The position numbers and the translations under genes are program-made. A stretch of 64,000 nt of DNA, from assembly GCA_011109175.1 (NCBI GenBank), contig RDEW01000011.1, forward strand, positions 1,078,091 to 1,142,090. The letters run 5' to 3'. Of this stretch, positions 1 through 12,268 are shown piece after piece. This stretch comes from Dicyema japonicum. Its lineage: Eukaryota; Animalia; Dicyemida. Under the pieces are notes generated by a model. The model was given only the letters and a program-made list of their open reading frames with translations. It ran no database searches and had not been told where the DNA came from. The number at the start of each line of letters is the position of its first letter. Position 1 is the stretch's first letter.

Positions 1-164
1 TACTGGAAATCCTTCTGCAATGATTTTGTTGTTTTCGACAAAAGACGGATTCATTATCGATAGAATGAAGTCATTAATCATTTCCTGCACCTTCCCTCCC
101 GTCTGTCAACTCCTAACTCATCTAACTACCAGAGGGTTCACAAAGCCAGGAACACTATATGGAG
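1..164 (-). CDS. Possible internal exons of an unidentified gene running off the window edge
   Basis: Removing a 27-nt GT-AG intron (103-129, contains an in-frame TGA) gives the open frame PYSVPGFVNPL|TGGKVQEMINDFILSIMNPSFVENNKIIAEGFPV. No recognisable domain. Confidence 0.3.
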
Positions 165-471
165 CTATATTTAAGCAAAATTTATATTAACGTGATAATT
201 TCTAATTATTTATATGCCTCACTAGTTTTTATGGGCTTTATTTAAATTTAGACATGAACAGTGATTATATTTTTACATATTAAAAATTCAGCATTCAAAA
301 CTTTCTGGAATTGTTTTTACTAATGGATTGATGATATAATATATATTAACTATGAAGATTTTGGTAAAGTTTAAACCCATACAATTGAAGTAAGAAACAA
401 AGTTATAGAGAGGTAGCTAACTAAGAGAATTCATGTTAACATGACCTTTTTTTACTTTATGAAAAACTTAT

Positions 472-660
472 CTTGAAAATTTTTTTAAATATGAAAAAAA
501 CTAATGAAAGCCTTTATTAAAATATAGAATGTGTTGTTTTTCCTATTTCACAATAGAAAAACAACTTGAAAATTTTTTTAAATATGAAAAAAACTAATGA
601 AAGCCTTTATTAAAATATAGAATGTGTTGTTTTTCCTATTTCACAATAGAAAAACAACTT
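472..660. repeat. Tandem duplication, ~93-bp unit
   Basis: cttgaaaattttttt...gaaaaacaactt occurs at 472 and 565. Confidence 0.85.
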
Positions 661-1414
661 TTAACTATTAATAATTAAAAAATTGTTAATGACAAATCTA
701 GATTCCAGAGACTTCTTAATTCCTTATAAATCGTTACTGAAATACAATTTTGAATATAAAGTTAGCAATGAAACGTCTGGAACCTGAATGGTTGTTCCAA
801 AAAATTGGCAGTTGTCAAAGGAAACAGCCATTCCATTCTATCAGCTGAATTATTTTGATTGTTTTGTTTCGTAATAAATATTTTTTTCCACAAAAAAAAT
901 TTGAATCTGTTTTTTCAACTCTAAAATAATACTGCGTTTAACGAAGGGCCACATTAGCTATTGCTCCTTCTAGACAGGACACACTCTACAATAAATGCAT
1001 ATGAAAACTCAAATATAGCTTCTGTCAAGTCTCTCGTGGATCCTTTGGATCATTGAACCGATTCGAGTTTCTTTGACATTAATTTTCTACACTTTTGAAG
1101 CGTAGGAAGGAGTAATTTAAAATCCAATAATCTCAAACAATTTTTATAAACTTTAACTTATTAGAATGAAAATTAGTGACCTTATTGATATTAGAGTCAG
1201 AAGATAAAATGAGAAAATTAGATATTTTTACAGTGGCATCTGTGAAATAGTAATAAAAATGATAAACCTTTAGTTTGAAATGTTTCTTAGACGAAAGATT
1301 CAATAAAAAGCTGTTGTTATAAAATTCGTGAGTTGGTAGAAAATTCGAAAATATATTTTCTAATAAGTCTTAAAAATTTCAATGACCTTCCGATTGAACG
1401 CGGCATATCAGTAA

Positions 1415-1670
1415 ATTATTATTAGCACTTTCACCACAGCCATAATATTTATATCCCCGCATGTGCACCAAAAATATAAGAGAAAGAGTTAGCTTGCTCC
1501 AGGTTTTTCTGTTCTTAGCCAGATCCCTCTGTGTGTCAAGGTCGTCACCAGATGGCAAGTAAATTAAGACCAAAAATATAAGAGAAAGAGTTAGCTTGCT
1601 CCAAACTTTTCTGTTCTTAGCCTGATCCCTCTGTGTGTCAAGGTCGTCACCAGATGGCAAGTAAATTAAG
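1415..1670 (-). mobile_element. RTE-type LINE 3' end fragments with an internal ~102-bp tandem duplication
   Basis: SGDDLDTQRD.AKNRK.W peptide occurs twice. The 3' UTR gcacatgcggggatata...gtgaaagtgctaataataat matches the RTE end at 63603-63658. Confidence 0.75.
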
Positions 1671-1765
1671 CGTATGAATTTTATTCAATTTATTCAAAAC
1701 TCGAAAAATTAATAAATAAAAATCGATAAAAATTTTGACTTATTATAATTTGTAAAATCATAATA

Positions 1766-2957
1766 CAGTAGGACCTCGCCCCAATAGAAAAGTGCCCCAA
1801 ATATAGAGAGTATACTAAATTATTACATTTTTAACCTCTCTATTCGTATTTTTAAATAATTATTTTTACAATACAATGTTTTTCTTCATATTGCAAAAAG
1901 GAATCAATTTATTTATGAAAAATAATCAGTTATTTTGTTCCCAATGGAATATTTGTTTCTTAGCATTTTTGAAATTTTAATCCTAAATTCATAGTATTCT
2001 TTAAGCCCTTCANAAAAACTAATGAAAGCCTTTATTAAAATATAGAATGTGTTGTTTTTCCTATTTCACAATAGAAAAACAACTTTTAACTATTAATAAT
2101 TAAAAAATTGTTAATGACAAATCTAGATTCCAGAGACTTCTTAATTCCTTATAAATCGTTACTAAAATACAATTTTGAATATAAAGTTAGCAATGAAACG
2201 TCTGGAACCTGAATGGTTGTTCCAAAAAATTGGCAGTTGTCAAAGGAAACAGCCATTCCATTCTATCAGCTGAATTATTTTGATTGTTTTGTATTAAGTA
2301 TTTTTTTCCACAAAATAAATTTGAATCTTTTTTTCAACTCTAAAATAATACTGCGTTTAACGAAGGGCCACACTAGCAATTGCTCCTTCTATACAGGACA
2401 CACTCTACAATAAATGCATATGAAAACTCAAATATAGCTTCTGTCAAGTCTCTCGTGGATCCTTTGGATCATTGAACCGATTCGAGTTTCTTTGACATTA
2501 ATTTTCTACACTTTTGAAGCGTAGGAAGGAGTAATTTAAAATCCAATACTCTCAAACAATTTTTATAAACTTTAACTTATTAGAATGAAAATTAGTGACC
2601 TCATTGATATTAGAGTCAGAAGATAAAATAAGAAAATTAGATATTTTTACAGTGGCATCTGTGAAATAGTAATAAAAATGATAAACCTTTAGTTTGAGCG
2701 TAAATTAAGCGTATGAATTTTATTCAATTTATTCAAATAGGATTGTCATTTATTCAAAACTCGAAAAATTAATAAATAAAAATCGATAAAAATTTTGACT
2801 TATTATAATTCGTAAAATTATAATAGTTAAAATTTCACTCGTGCAGCATTCAAAACAATCCTCCGAACCAATCTTTTCCTACCTTCTCGATCGTAAGAAA
2901 GTTTCCTCAACTCGTCCAGNCCCAGGGCCGGGGTTTGATTGGGGCGGGGTCCTACTG
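1766..2957. mobile_element. TA-flanked TIR element (pogo/Tc1-like); its interior is interrupted by a patched contig
   Basis: 20-bp TIR cagtaggacc(t/c)cgccccaat at 1766 and, inverted, ending at 2957. TA on both sides. The empty site ataa-ta-gttaaaatttc is seen at ~2815-2835. Confidence 0.75.
2014..2919. repeat. Near-identical second copy of ~590-1278 + 1660-1765 + 2960-3053 between single-N joins (probable alternate haplotype contig)
   Basis: Bounded by n at 2013 and 2920. Lacks the 1279-1660 insert and the TIR element. Confidence 0.75.
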
Positions 2958-2959
2958 TA

Positions 2960-4250
2960 GTTAAAATTTCACTCTTGCAGCATTCAAAATAATTATCCGA
3001 ACCAATTTTTTCCTACCTTCTCGATCGTAGCAGAGTTTCCTCAGCTCTTCCAGATCGTCCCCACTTCTTAGACGTTTGTTCACGAGCTTTAGATCTCTGT
3101 TAAGTGTTTCTGATAATGTAATTCCCCATAGTTTACGAAAACACGGCCCCTTTCTCATAAAATAGTTCTTCATTGCTATGTTTGCTGGAGCACCTAATTC
3201 CATACGCAAGTTTGCTTGACAAAGGCTTCACACAGTTTTAAACAAAATGATGTGCAGGATCTTAGTTTGCCAATCCACTCTTTCTTTAAACTGTTCATCG
3301 TTACCCAAAAGAGGGCAATATCTTGACTGTCTCCAAGTAAGAAGCCAAGTTTGTTTATTTTTCGCCATGTTTCACTTGATCTGTTTCCATTCTCCTGATT
3401 TCCACGATGTCAGTTTTTGCGATGTTCATTCCAAAAAACCATCGGTTGAGCTCAGCAGGGGCCAGCTCGGGGAGTCGGATTAGGGCCGATTTGTCTTCTG
3501 ACACAAAGTTGACGTCGTCCGCATAGGCAATTTCGACGATGTTGCCATCATAGAGCTTCCGAAGATCTCGTAATGCCGCTTCCAGATATATAACAAATAG
3601 CAGGGAGTACTAACATTGCACTTAAATTAACGGGATAACGTCTTACCGATTTACACTCTGAGCTTCATGTTAGATAGCAACACTCTGATCATATTGACAG
3701 AATCAGGGTCCAAGAATTGTTCCAGTATCCTAAGAAGTATACCACAGTGGACCGTGTCAAAGGCCCTAGAGAGGTCTATTCCCAGGACTGTTGTTGCACT
3801 TTCAAATCTCTGGTTGATAGCGCAGAGCCACTTGTGGCTCCATAATACATCTGCAGTGGATCTTCTTGCCCTGAATCCAATGTGACTAGAGGATAGACAG
3901 TTGTCCACTTGTTCTCTGATTCAGTTCAACGTAACTAATGCCAGAAGTTTCCGTAAGGTGTTTAGCAGGATTATTGGACGTAAGTTTTCAACAGGCCCAG
4001 CATGCTTGTTACGTTTTTGTATTGGTATTAATAGTCCGGATCCAAGAGCTAGGTATTCTTTTTTTATAAACATAGAGTTTAGTAGTTTTGCCAACTTGTC
4101 TGTTAGTACAGATGGCCCATATTTGACAAAATCTGAATTCTTAAGTTTGACCATTGCATTTGATATTTCGCCAGGTGTGATAGCTCTATCAAGTTGGGTG
4201 GCGTATCCACAAGTATGATCAGAGATTTCTCCGCTGACAGTTAATATATC
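2960..4250 (-). mobile_element. Degenerate RTE-clade LINE (RT and C-terminus)
   Basis: NLRPIILLNTLRK, GFRARRSTADVLWSH, GIDLSRAFDTV and AYADDV motifs, broken by frameshifts and deletions. Confidence 0.85.
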
Positions 4251-4392
4251 CAAATTAATAAATAAAAATCAAAAAAATTTCGACTTTATTTACCTAAAAA
4301 TTAAATTTTGACTTTTTGACTTTATAACATTTGATTATTATAATATTTTTGATTTTTTAATTGGCAACAATTTATTAGCAAAAAAAGTTATT

Positions 4393-4416
4393 GCGGGTTC
4401 GAATTCCGCCGGGGTG
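4393..4416 (+). pseudogene. tRNA 3'-half fragment (T-arm plus acceptor strand)
   Basis: gcgggttcgaattccgccggggtg resembles the 3' half of the tRNA at 14180-14252. No D or anticodon arm. Confidence 0.5.
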
Positions 4417-4619
4417 ATTAAAAATCAGATTTTTACATTTAAAATAATTTTTAAAGAACATATGAATTTTCTACTTTATTGACAAAAGTAGCCCTAGTAA
4501 TAACGATAACTGATCAAAGCCGAAAGATATATGTTCGACACGATTAAAAATGATCAAAGCCACATTAAGTATGACAGTGATTGACATGTGACATGTAACC
4601 AGCATGGGACGCGACATAT

Positions 4620-4750
4620 TTTCTTTTCAAAACTTTATGGTGGGGGTGACATAACTGCAAAAATACTTCTCCTCAGCCTATCTCCAAACAAATTTCCTTC
4701 CATCATTGTTAAAAAAAATTAAATTTTGTTTCATCACTGAAGTTTATTAT
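4620..4750 (-). mobile_element. Tc1 transposase relic (first catalytic D region)
   Basis: Translates IINFSDETKFNFF.NDGRKFVWR*AEEKYF...VTPTIK, matching the Tc1 FSDE.KF...DGR..VWR motif. Confidence 0.75.
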
Positions 4751-6204
4751 TACAGTGCGACCCCGAATTGGAGAAACCCTATTTTTTGGAGAAATATTTT
4801 CGCCATCCCTGTTAAATACAATGATTTTTACCCCCTACTGGGGAAAATTTTTATATTATCAAAAACGATTAATTAATGTGACCGGTTGAATACGAGCCCA
4901 GGTTGAATACGAGCCGTTAAAGGCGTTAAAGCCGTTAGAAATCAATATTTTTTAATAAAAAATAAATCAATAAATTAATTAATTCACATCTTTATAATGA
5001 TTAGTAATTTTAATAATTTAAATTTATCACAAATTTTTATTTTCTTAACGGTTTACTTCAGATAGAATAGAAATAGATTTTTGCTCACGCTAGTTTTTGT
5101 TTTTTGTTATGAAGGTTGTCCATTTCACTCTGCTACAAAAGCAAGAAATAATTACTTATCTGAGATAGTAAAATTTACCTCAAAAATGAACATCATGGTC
5201 GTGATAGACTTCTTTTTTTTCTAAAGAATCTAGTCTATGGATTTTGCAGAGATGAAGTTATGGTTGTTCACAATGTCTGGCAAGACGGCTTATGAACACT
5301 CGACTAACTATAACACCTATCAGAGCATATACAGTGAGAGAAAGCTGTTCAGCATTCAACAACTCTGCACGCTCCTTTTAAATTGATGTTCGGAGCTTTT
5401 GCCATGAAACAATAAATAATCATTACTCAGAAGATGAAATGAATGAAATATTCAGGCAAATTGATTCATGGAATGAAGAAACACAAACTGAAGCAACTGA
5501 ATATCTTGCATGGTTTTGGTCATCATGTGAAACTTCGAGAACAAAAGCAATTTTAAATTCAAACAATGCTGAAAGAAAAATGTTAACACAAGGAATGTGG
5601 AAGAATAATTGTGGAATAGTTAGTTAAGAGAATTGTGGGAGAAAAGAATAACCTGAAGAAAAATACGGCACAAGCGGAATTTTAATTAAATAAATTACAT
5701 TTTTGGTTCTTCAAAAGTGCTATTAATAATAATAATAATGTGGAAGAATGATATTTCCATTTTTAACATCGGCGTTCGAGTTGTCAGGAGGGTGAATCTT
5801 GATAATAATAAAAAAACACGAAAAAGTGGCTTAAACGAACACATTGATACATTCATATATCATGTTAAAGGAGTATCTGCCACAGGAATGATTGATCTAG
5901 AAGGAGAAGATGGTAGTGTGATTCAAGAAAATAGCAGAGACTTAGCAAAGTTAGAATAATTTTACAATATAAATTTTTTAATTTTTTCTAATAAAATCAG
6001 TTATTATTATTTCGATCATTTTATAATATCATTAGAGTTAGGATTCTTAAGCTTTCAGCTTTGCATTAGAGTTAGGAAAACTTAGGGATATATATTAGAG
6101 TTATACAACGAACAGAACGTAAGAAAATTAACAATTTGACGAGACACAACTGAAACACACAATTTGAATTGAAATAGCAAAAATCATCAATGTAACTAAA
6201 AAGT

Positions 6205-6242
6205 CTGGGGTGTCTAACTTATTTCCCTTTGAGGGCCGCATT
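6205..6242 (+). mobile_element. Possible hAT (Charlie-like) terminal sequence
   Basis: ctggggtgtctaacttatttccctttgagggccgcat resembles CAGGGGTGTCxAAC...GAGGGCC ends. No partner end found. Confidence 0.35.
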
Positions 6243-6607
6243 GACAAGCTGATAGTCGGCTCGATATACTAGTTGTAGAGATGCCCCAATGCAGAGTTGT
6301 AAGATCTTCTGTAATGTCCAAGGAAGACTTTTACGAAGTTTCTTTGAGAAGAAGATAGCATGTTATTTAATGCGTCCCGAAAATCATCAGTCATTTAGTT
6401 ACGTTTTTGTGTTTAATCGAAATTTTAATTCAATAAAATTTATATTATCAAAAATTAAAATGATGTAAATTATATTTTGTTAATGTTGTGGATAATTTGA
6501 CTAATTTATAGCAAACTTTGTTTTGAAAACTTCATTTTTTCAAAAATTTAAGGTTCAATCATTAAACCGGACTTGTTGAACTTTCTTTCAATTAATTAGT
6601 TTTGGAC

Positions 6608-7504
6608 TTGTTGAACTTTCTTTCAAAAAGAAAGTCATATATACGTGTTGGAAATTTAATTTCAAAGAAAATTGAATTGCGAAGAGGAGTTCCACAGGGT
6701 TCAATTCTCAGTCCGTTACTCTTCAATTGCGTAATGAGAGATTTGCCGAAAACAGAGAGCGTAAATAGTCAAATGATTATTTATGCTGATGACATTCTTG
6801 TGCTTGATTCAAGCATGAATAAACAAATTTCTTGGAAAAGGGTGGAATCCCATATTACTAAGATTGGAAAGTGGTGCCAAGACAATGGGTTGACTCTATC
6901 GAAGGAAAAAACAACAGTCACTTGGATTGCAAGTAAAAGAAAAAATATTAATCAATGTGTGAATACTGGGGATATAAAAATCTCTGAAACATTGAAGTAT
7001 CTCGGATTGTTGATAGATCGAAGAGGATCTTTCAAGGAACATATTAAAACACGAAGAAAGAAAGCTACAGGAATGTTGAAATCTTTAATTCGATTTCATT
7101 TGGAGCCTGAAACTTTTCTTTTTGTGTATTCGGCGTGTGTTGAACCATTCTTGATATATGGTTATCAAGGATGGTTTAGAACAAAAGAAAGTGATGTCTT
7201 TGTCAAAAAATTGGAAAAGTCCAGAAGATTTGCGATTAAATTGGCATATGGACTGGACTTAAAATCTAATATCGAAGAGGATTACGACCTGAAAGTCAGA
7301 AAGATAGAAAAATTATTACATCACTTATGGAAAATGTGATGTAATTTTTGGGGTCCAAACGAAGTAGAGACATGTGGTGTCTCATAAAATGACCCTACAC
7401 GATGAATACAAACCCACTTAATTAGTTTTGGTTCAGGTTTTGGTTTCTTTACAGTAATTAGTTTTGGGGTTTGTTAGAAAATAAAATTTGTCTTGTCTTG
7501 TCTT
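6608..7504 (+). mobile_element. 5'-truncated non-LTR retrotransposon, family A (Jockey/I/R1-type RT C-half)
   Basis: GVPQGSILSPLLF, YADD and KYLG motifs in an open frame to 7339. AATAAA at 7480 followed by a (TGTCT)3 tail. Confidence 0.9.
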
Positions 7505-7516
7505 GGACGATTAATT

Positions 7517-8599
7517 GGGTGCACTCCGAATATTCAATACTCTATGTAGTATGGATTCTCTCAAAGTAGCTCGAATATCGCGCCGACACACAGGAGAATT
7601 TCTCCTGAACTTTAAAACTACAAGTGATTTGGAAGGTTTCCAGAATCAACTAGAAGAAAGAAAACCTTTTGGAGTTAATGGACATTCATTACAAAAAGCT
7701 ACGCCGAGACCCTCAGTAGTAATGCTTAAAGGTCTTCCGACGTGGATTGAAACCAATGAGTTGGAAGAATACCTTGGAACGATATTGGGAGAAAAATTTA
7801 CGGTTGAAAGATTTGAAAAGCAGGGCATCAGACTATCTGTTGCCAAACTTACAATTTCGGACAGAAATGAGGCTGAATCTCTTGTAAGATTTGGACTGAT
7901 AATTGGATATCTGAAGATAAAAGTTGAATGGTTCAATAAACCAGAGATCCAATGTTTTCGTTGTCAACAGTTTGGTCATATTGCTCGTTTTTGCAAGAAT
8001 GTTGAAAGATGCCTTGTTTGTTCTGGGCCACATAGAAGATCGCAGTGTCCTGTTACAAACAATAATAAGTCGTGTGTGAATTGTGGTTCATCCAGCCACT
8101 TTGCCAATTATGGAGGATGCCCCAAGGCTGTTGAAGCTAACATAGCGAAGAAAAACAAAATTGACCAAAAAAGGAAAGAATCGAATAGAAAATTATCTCT
8201 AAAACGAGAAAATGCCTATAATGGAGAAAGTGAAGTTTCCAATATTGGAACGAATAAGAAATTAAGAATGTATGAGCAGACTGGCTGGAATATGACATAT
8301 AATAAGAAACCTTTTATAAAAGAAACAGTAGAAGCTTCAACACAGACAAGCAGTTTTGATGAGAGTGACCAGGCGGAACACCTGTTAGAAAAGTGACTTT
8401 TGGAGTTGCTACACAGACTATCGAGACTCACTCAAACATCTTGTCTGAAAATGAAGAAGTAGTAGCTTCCAACTCGATTCTTGACAAGTTGGAGAGAAGC
8501 ATTAAAGATATGACTAGAACAAAAAAGGATTCTAAATTTTTACTAGATTTGGTGGCGCTCTTAAGAAGAGAGGGCAGTCACCAAAAAAACCAGAAGTAG
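7517..8599 (+). CDS. LINE ORF1, gag-like nucleic-acid-binding protein with three CCHC-type knuckles (5' truncated; one frameshift at ~8393)
   Basis: CFRCQQFGHIARFC, CLVCSGPHRRSQC, CVNCGSSSHFANYGGCP. Confidence 0.88.
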
Positions 8600-11157
8600 T
8601 CAGGATAACCCTGATTAATGCCCGTTCTCTTCGGAAACGGGCCTCAGTGCTGGTTGCTCTAGCCAGCACGATCCAGATGGATGTTCTAATTATAAACGAA
8701 ACTAAATTGAAGAAAAGACCATTTAAAATTGATGGATACGACTCATTAGATATTTTTTGGAAGACTGGTTCTTGTGCTGGAACAGGAACTTCAATTTACT
8801 ACAAAACTTCTTTAAATACAAGACTACCCACGATCAATGAAGAAAATCTTTGTGAACTAGCAAGCATTCAACTACAAACAACCATGGGATGGATAACTAT
8901 CGGAGGAATCTATTCTAAAAAACTAGAGAGTATCCATGGATTGTTGACAAATTTATGGAAAACAATGAATATCCAATCCTTGTTGGGGACATGAACGCTA
9001 AACATACTGACTATGGTTGTGTAGCAACCAATCAAGATGGAAAATGCCTTGTAAAATGGATGAAGTCTGGAGAGTTAAAGATTTTAACTTCAGTAGAAAT
9101 TAATCACTTTGCACCAAGGAGTGGGGACAAGCTCGGAGTTTTTGTGATGCCTCAGAATCTAAGCAAAATTTGTGAGCACCCATATGTGGAGCAAGATATT
9201 GGAAGCGACCATCTTCCACAAACTTTGGAAATAAGGACGGGGCCTATATCTGCTGAAAGAACTTTTGTTGGCTACAACCTTAATAATGTCAACTGGGTTG
9301 ATTTCGATTATTTTATACGGGTGAAACTGGGAAATGTCTGTGATCTATTGATCTTAGACTCCTCAGATATTGATTACTTGGATGACAAAATTAGGACTTT
9401 GATATTGTGTTATTTGGACGAATATGGAAGTAAAAAATTCCGTATGCCGCATGGATGCTCATCAATGAGCTTAAAAGAAGATTCCCTCCATCGAGAGAAA
9501 AAATCACTTGAAAGTAAACTGAAAAGATGTTGGAACATTCCCGACTCGGAAAAGCTAAAGGTTCAGATCAGCTTAGTGAAAAATGAATTAATGGAAATAT
9601 TCAAACGAAAACAGGAAAATAAATGGAGAAGAGAATGCTCAAAGATCAATCACAAGAATGCAGACTTTTGGAAAGTATTCGCGAGATTGAAATCCTCTGA
9701 TGACAAATGTGATGAAATACACCTAAAATCATCCAATGGTTGTTGTATTTCAAAGGGGGAAATCCCAGAAATTCTACGGCAACAGTTAGCAAAAATTCAA
9801 GAAGTAGATCCTGCTTCCATTATTCCATGTGAATTTCGAAGCAATAATCATCACTATGATAGGATGGTGTCAATGAAGGGTCCTATGTGTACTCCTATTT
9901 CCCCTGAAGAAGTAAAAATTGCGATTTGTAGCTGCAAGAACAAAACCCCTGGATGGGATTTTATCCCAATGAAAATATTCAAGAATGCAAATGCTATGTT
10001 AATTGATGCATTAACCATGCTTTATAATGCCTCGTGGAAACTTGCTCACGTTCCATCGACCTGGAAAAAGTCGATTGTTCGGATGATTGGAAAGAAAGGA
10101 AAATCAAGATCTAATCCAGAAAATTATAGACCAATTAGTCTTATTTGTTCAACTTCAAAAATTATGGAGAAAATTGTCTTCAATAGATTATCAAAAGTGG
10201 TTGAGGAAAACAATTTTCTTGCAAACAATCAGTGGGGGTTCCGTAAAAATAGAGGAACTGAAGACTGCATCCGAGAACTTAGGAAGTCAATTCAAGAATC
10301 TATAAGTAAGAAAGAATACCTTACTGCAACGTGTTTGGACATATCCAAGGCTTTTGACAGTGTCTGGCATGAGGACTTTTCGAGACATTGTCAAACCGAA
10401 CATTGGAAAGTCGGCGCTCATGTGGATTAGAGACTTCCTTATGGGAAGGGAGTCTTATATTCGTGTGGGAAATATGCTCTCTAAAAAGATAAAACTAAGT
10501 AGAGGTGTTCCACAAGGTTCAATTTTGAGTCCCCTCCTCTTCAACTGTATAATGAGCGAGGTGCCAAAACCGGAACACATCAATACCAAAATGATAATTT
10601 ATGCAGACGACATTCTAATTTTGGACACTAGTATAAATAAATCAATATCATGGAAAAGAACATTAGCTCATATGTCGAAAATCGAAGATTGGTGTCGGAA
10701 TAATGGATTGACATTATCAAGAGAAAAAAGTTCTGTAACCTGGATAGCGAGAAATAGGAGGAATCAATATGTTGATACAGGGAATGTTAAGTTCTCGGAA
10801 AACCTGATATACCTTGGAGTATGCATTAACAAAAAAGGATCGTTTAAAGAGCACATCAAAATACGAAGAGAGAAAGCTACGGGAATGCTCAAGTCCCTAC
10901 TCCGCTTTCATTTGTCTCCAGATACTTTTATGTTTGTCTACAAAACGTGTATTGAACCTTTCCTAATATATGGATATCAAGGTTGGTTTAAAACAGAGGA
11001 GGAATCAGTTCTACTAACTAAATTAGAAAAGACAAGAAGGTATGCAATTAAACTCGCACATGGATTGGATTTAGCATCTGAAATTGATGACTAATACGAA
11101 AGAAAAACGAGAAGAATCGCTGATTTATTACATTGCTTGTGGAAACTCGCATTGTAA
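8581..11157 (+). pseudogene. LINE ORF2, APE endonuclease plus reverse transcriptase (frameshifts at ~8960 and ~10380, stop at 11092)
   Basis: ITLINARSL, INETK, GDMNAKH, GSDH, YRPISL, QWGFR, LDISKAFDSV, GVPQGSILSP, YADD. Confidence 0.9.
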
Positions 11158-11340
11158 TTGGGGCTTTTTACGGAGAAGAGACATACGGTGTCTCATGAGA
11201 GTGCCCCGATATAGACGACCCCAAATCTTGGCTTTCCTCTTTAGTTAATGGCTCTTACCTTGTTTAGTTAGTTGGGGTTTTGCGAATAAATCATGTTATC
11301 ATGTTATGTTATCATGGACGATTAATTTTCTTAGAATAAG

Positions 11341-11383
11341 GGGTTTGTTAGAAAATAAAATTTGTCCTGTCTTGTCTTGTCTT
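11341..11383 (+). mobile_element. 43-bp 3' stub of family A LINE with a 25-27-bp TSD
   Basis: Matches 7467-7504. Flanked by ggacgattaattttcttagaataag at 11316-11340 and 11384-11408. Confidence 0.88.
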
Positions 11384-11391
11384 GGACGATT

Positions 11392-12268
11392 AATTTTCTT
11401 AGAATAAGGGTGGTGCCACTGGTGAATAAGTGGTGCCACTGGTGCTAAAAGACGAAGAAGTATACTACGAGTTTGAGAAACATATTTCAGGCCTAATGGA
11501 GATGTGGTGAAAGATCCCTTGTCTGTTCTGATTCACATAGAAGATCGCAGTGTCCGGTTACGAACAATAATAAGTCCTTTGAATTGTGTTCATCCATCGA
11601 CTTTGCCAATTATGGAAGATGTCCCAAGGCTGTTAAAGCTAACATTGCGAAGAAAAACAAAATTGACCAAAAAAGGAAAGAATCGAATGGAAAATTATTT
11701 CTAAAACGAGAAAATGCCCATAATGGAGAAAGTGAAGTTTCCAAAATTGGAACGAATAAGAAATTAAAGTCAGAGTTTAGAATGTATGGGCAGACTGGCT
11801 GGAATACGACATATAATAAGAAACCTTCTAAAAAAGAAACAGTAGAAGCTTCAACACAGAGAAGAGAGTGGTGCTCTTAAGAAGAGAGGGCAGCCACCGA
11901 AAAAACCAGAAGTAGTCAGGATAACCCTGGTTAATGCCCGTTCTCTTTGGAAACGGGCCTCAGTGCTGGTTGTTATAGCCAGCACGATCCAGATGGAAGT
12001 TCTAATTATAAACGAAACTAAATTGAAGCACATGGATTTAGCATCTGAAATTGATGACGAATACGAAAGAAAAACGAGAAGAATTGGTATTTATTACATT
12101 GCTTGTGGAAACTCGCATTGTAATTGGGGCTTTTTACGGAGAAGAGACATACGGTGTCTCATGAGAGTGCCCCGATATAGACGACCCCAAATCTTGGCTT
12201 TCCTCTTTAGTTAATGGCTCTTACCTTGTTTAGTTAGTTGGGGTTTTGCGAATAAATCATGTTATCTG
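11392..12268 (+). mobile_element. Internally deleted family B LINE copy with 8-bp TSD ggacgatt
   Basis: Pieces match ORF1 (~8010-8350), the ORF1/2 junction (~8550-8710) and the 3' end (~11057-11300). ggacgatt at 11384 and 12269. Confidence 0.85.

Larger units (their letters stand above)
7517..11315 (+). mobile_element. Near-full-length non-LTR retrotransposon, family B, with 12-bp TSD ggacgattaatt
   Basis: gag-like ORF1 plus APE-RT ORF2, AATAAA at 11285, (CATGTTAT)-type tail. TSD at 7505-7516 and 11316-11327. Confidence 0.92.
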
